IMG/VR virus record: IMGVR_UViG_3300042465_005662 | Coordinates: 1 to 52,701 of that record | Reading direction: 5' to 3' (one strand) | Length of the DNA: 52,701 nucleotides | Source: a virus | Lineage: Duplodnaviria > Caudoviricetes | Shown here: piece after piece, positions 52,510 to 52,701 of the stretch | Numbering within the stretch: position 1 is the first letter of the stretch | Layout of the letters: every line of letters starts with the position of its first letter | Position numbers and translations under genes: made by a program | Notes under the pieces: generated by a model | What the model saw: only the letters and a program-made list of their open reading frames with translations | The model's database searches: none | What the model was told of the DNA's origin: nothing

Positions 52510-52701
52510 TTACTCCTTTACGTACTTGGCATACTCTTCGAGAGGTACACCCAGCTTCTTTGCAATAGCAACCTGACTCGGCGATAACCGGACAGTTCGG
52601 CGCGCACTATTTATTCCGGAACTCCGGGATGCAGGGGCAACAGCAGGCGCGGAACGCTGTTGTCTGGAGGATTGGTTAGACGATTGCTCGCCCGCGAACT
52701 T
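52510..52701 (-). CDS. capsid scaffolding protein, C-terminal 63 aa (5' part outside the window)
   Basis: Open frame ending ...RRTVRLSPSQVAIAKKLGVPLEEYAKYVKE-stop, upstream of the head genes. Confidence 0.7.
   Translation of the reverse strand, partial: KFAGEQSSNQSSRQQRSAPAVAPASRSSGINSARRTVRLSPSQVAIAKKLGVPLEEYAKYVKE

Noticed and set aside
1-52701. Alternative genetic code, introns or inteins, integrase/att sites, tRNA genes
   Set aside because: Genes tile densely under the standard code; PolA, helicases and capsid are uninterrupted; no recombinase motifs or cloverleaf seen by eye (a tRNAscan run would be needed to exclude tRNAs fully)

Overview
The whole window is a tailed dsDNA phage genome segment of roughly 60% GC. 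No host chromosomal genes, rRNA, tRNA, CRISPR array or integrase are visible. The major capsid protein (MAITRSQLVKELEPGLNALFG...) and the gene order resemble my recollection of the HTVC023P/vSAG 37-F6-like lineage of aquatic podophages; I could not run a search to confirm this. Layout: (1) 1-3939, minus strand: early cassettes (DUF932, Gp88-like, small genes), each with a near-identical RBS and most with their own sigma70-like promoter, then a resolvase-like nuclease and terminase small subunit. (2) 4000-4330: AT-rich divergence region, a candidate origin. (3) 4383-12295, plus strand: about 26 small, translationally coupled accessory genes, including an XRE HTH, a DUF6378-like protein and an HNH nuclease. 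(4) 12317-21447: replication module (PolA, UvrD-like helicase, AEP primase, SSB-like protein, SNF2 helicase, PD-(D/E)XK nuclease). (5) 21462-52701, minus strand: virion and lysis operon (ejection proteins, tail, lysozyme and holins, fibres, adaptors, major capsid, scaffold C-terminus). The most notable signals are: a perfect chromosomal-type parS site (TGTTTCACGTGAAACA) inside a 28-bp palindrome; a copy of the scaffold C-terminal motif embedded in an unrelated DUF6378-like protein; a recurring hydrophobic-A-x-G-G motif that appears to partition the ejection proteins into modules; a multi-pseudoknot RNA between the capsid terminator and the next RBS; and a T4-holin-T-like protein beside a second holin. 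All function calls rest on motif recognition by eye.
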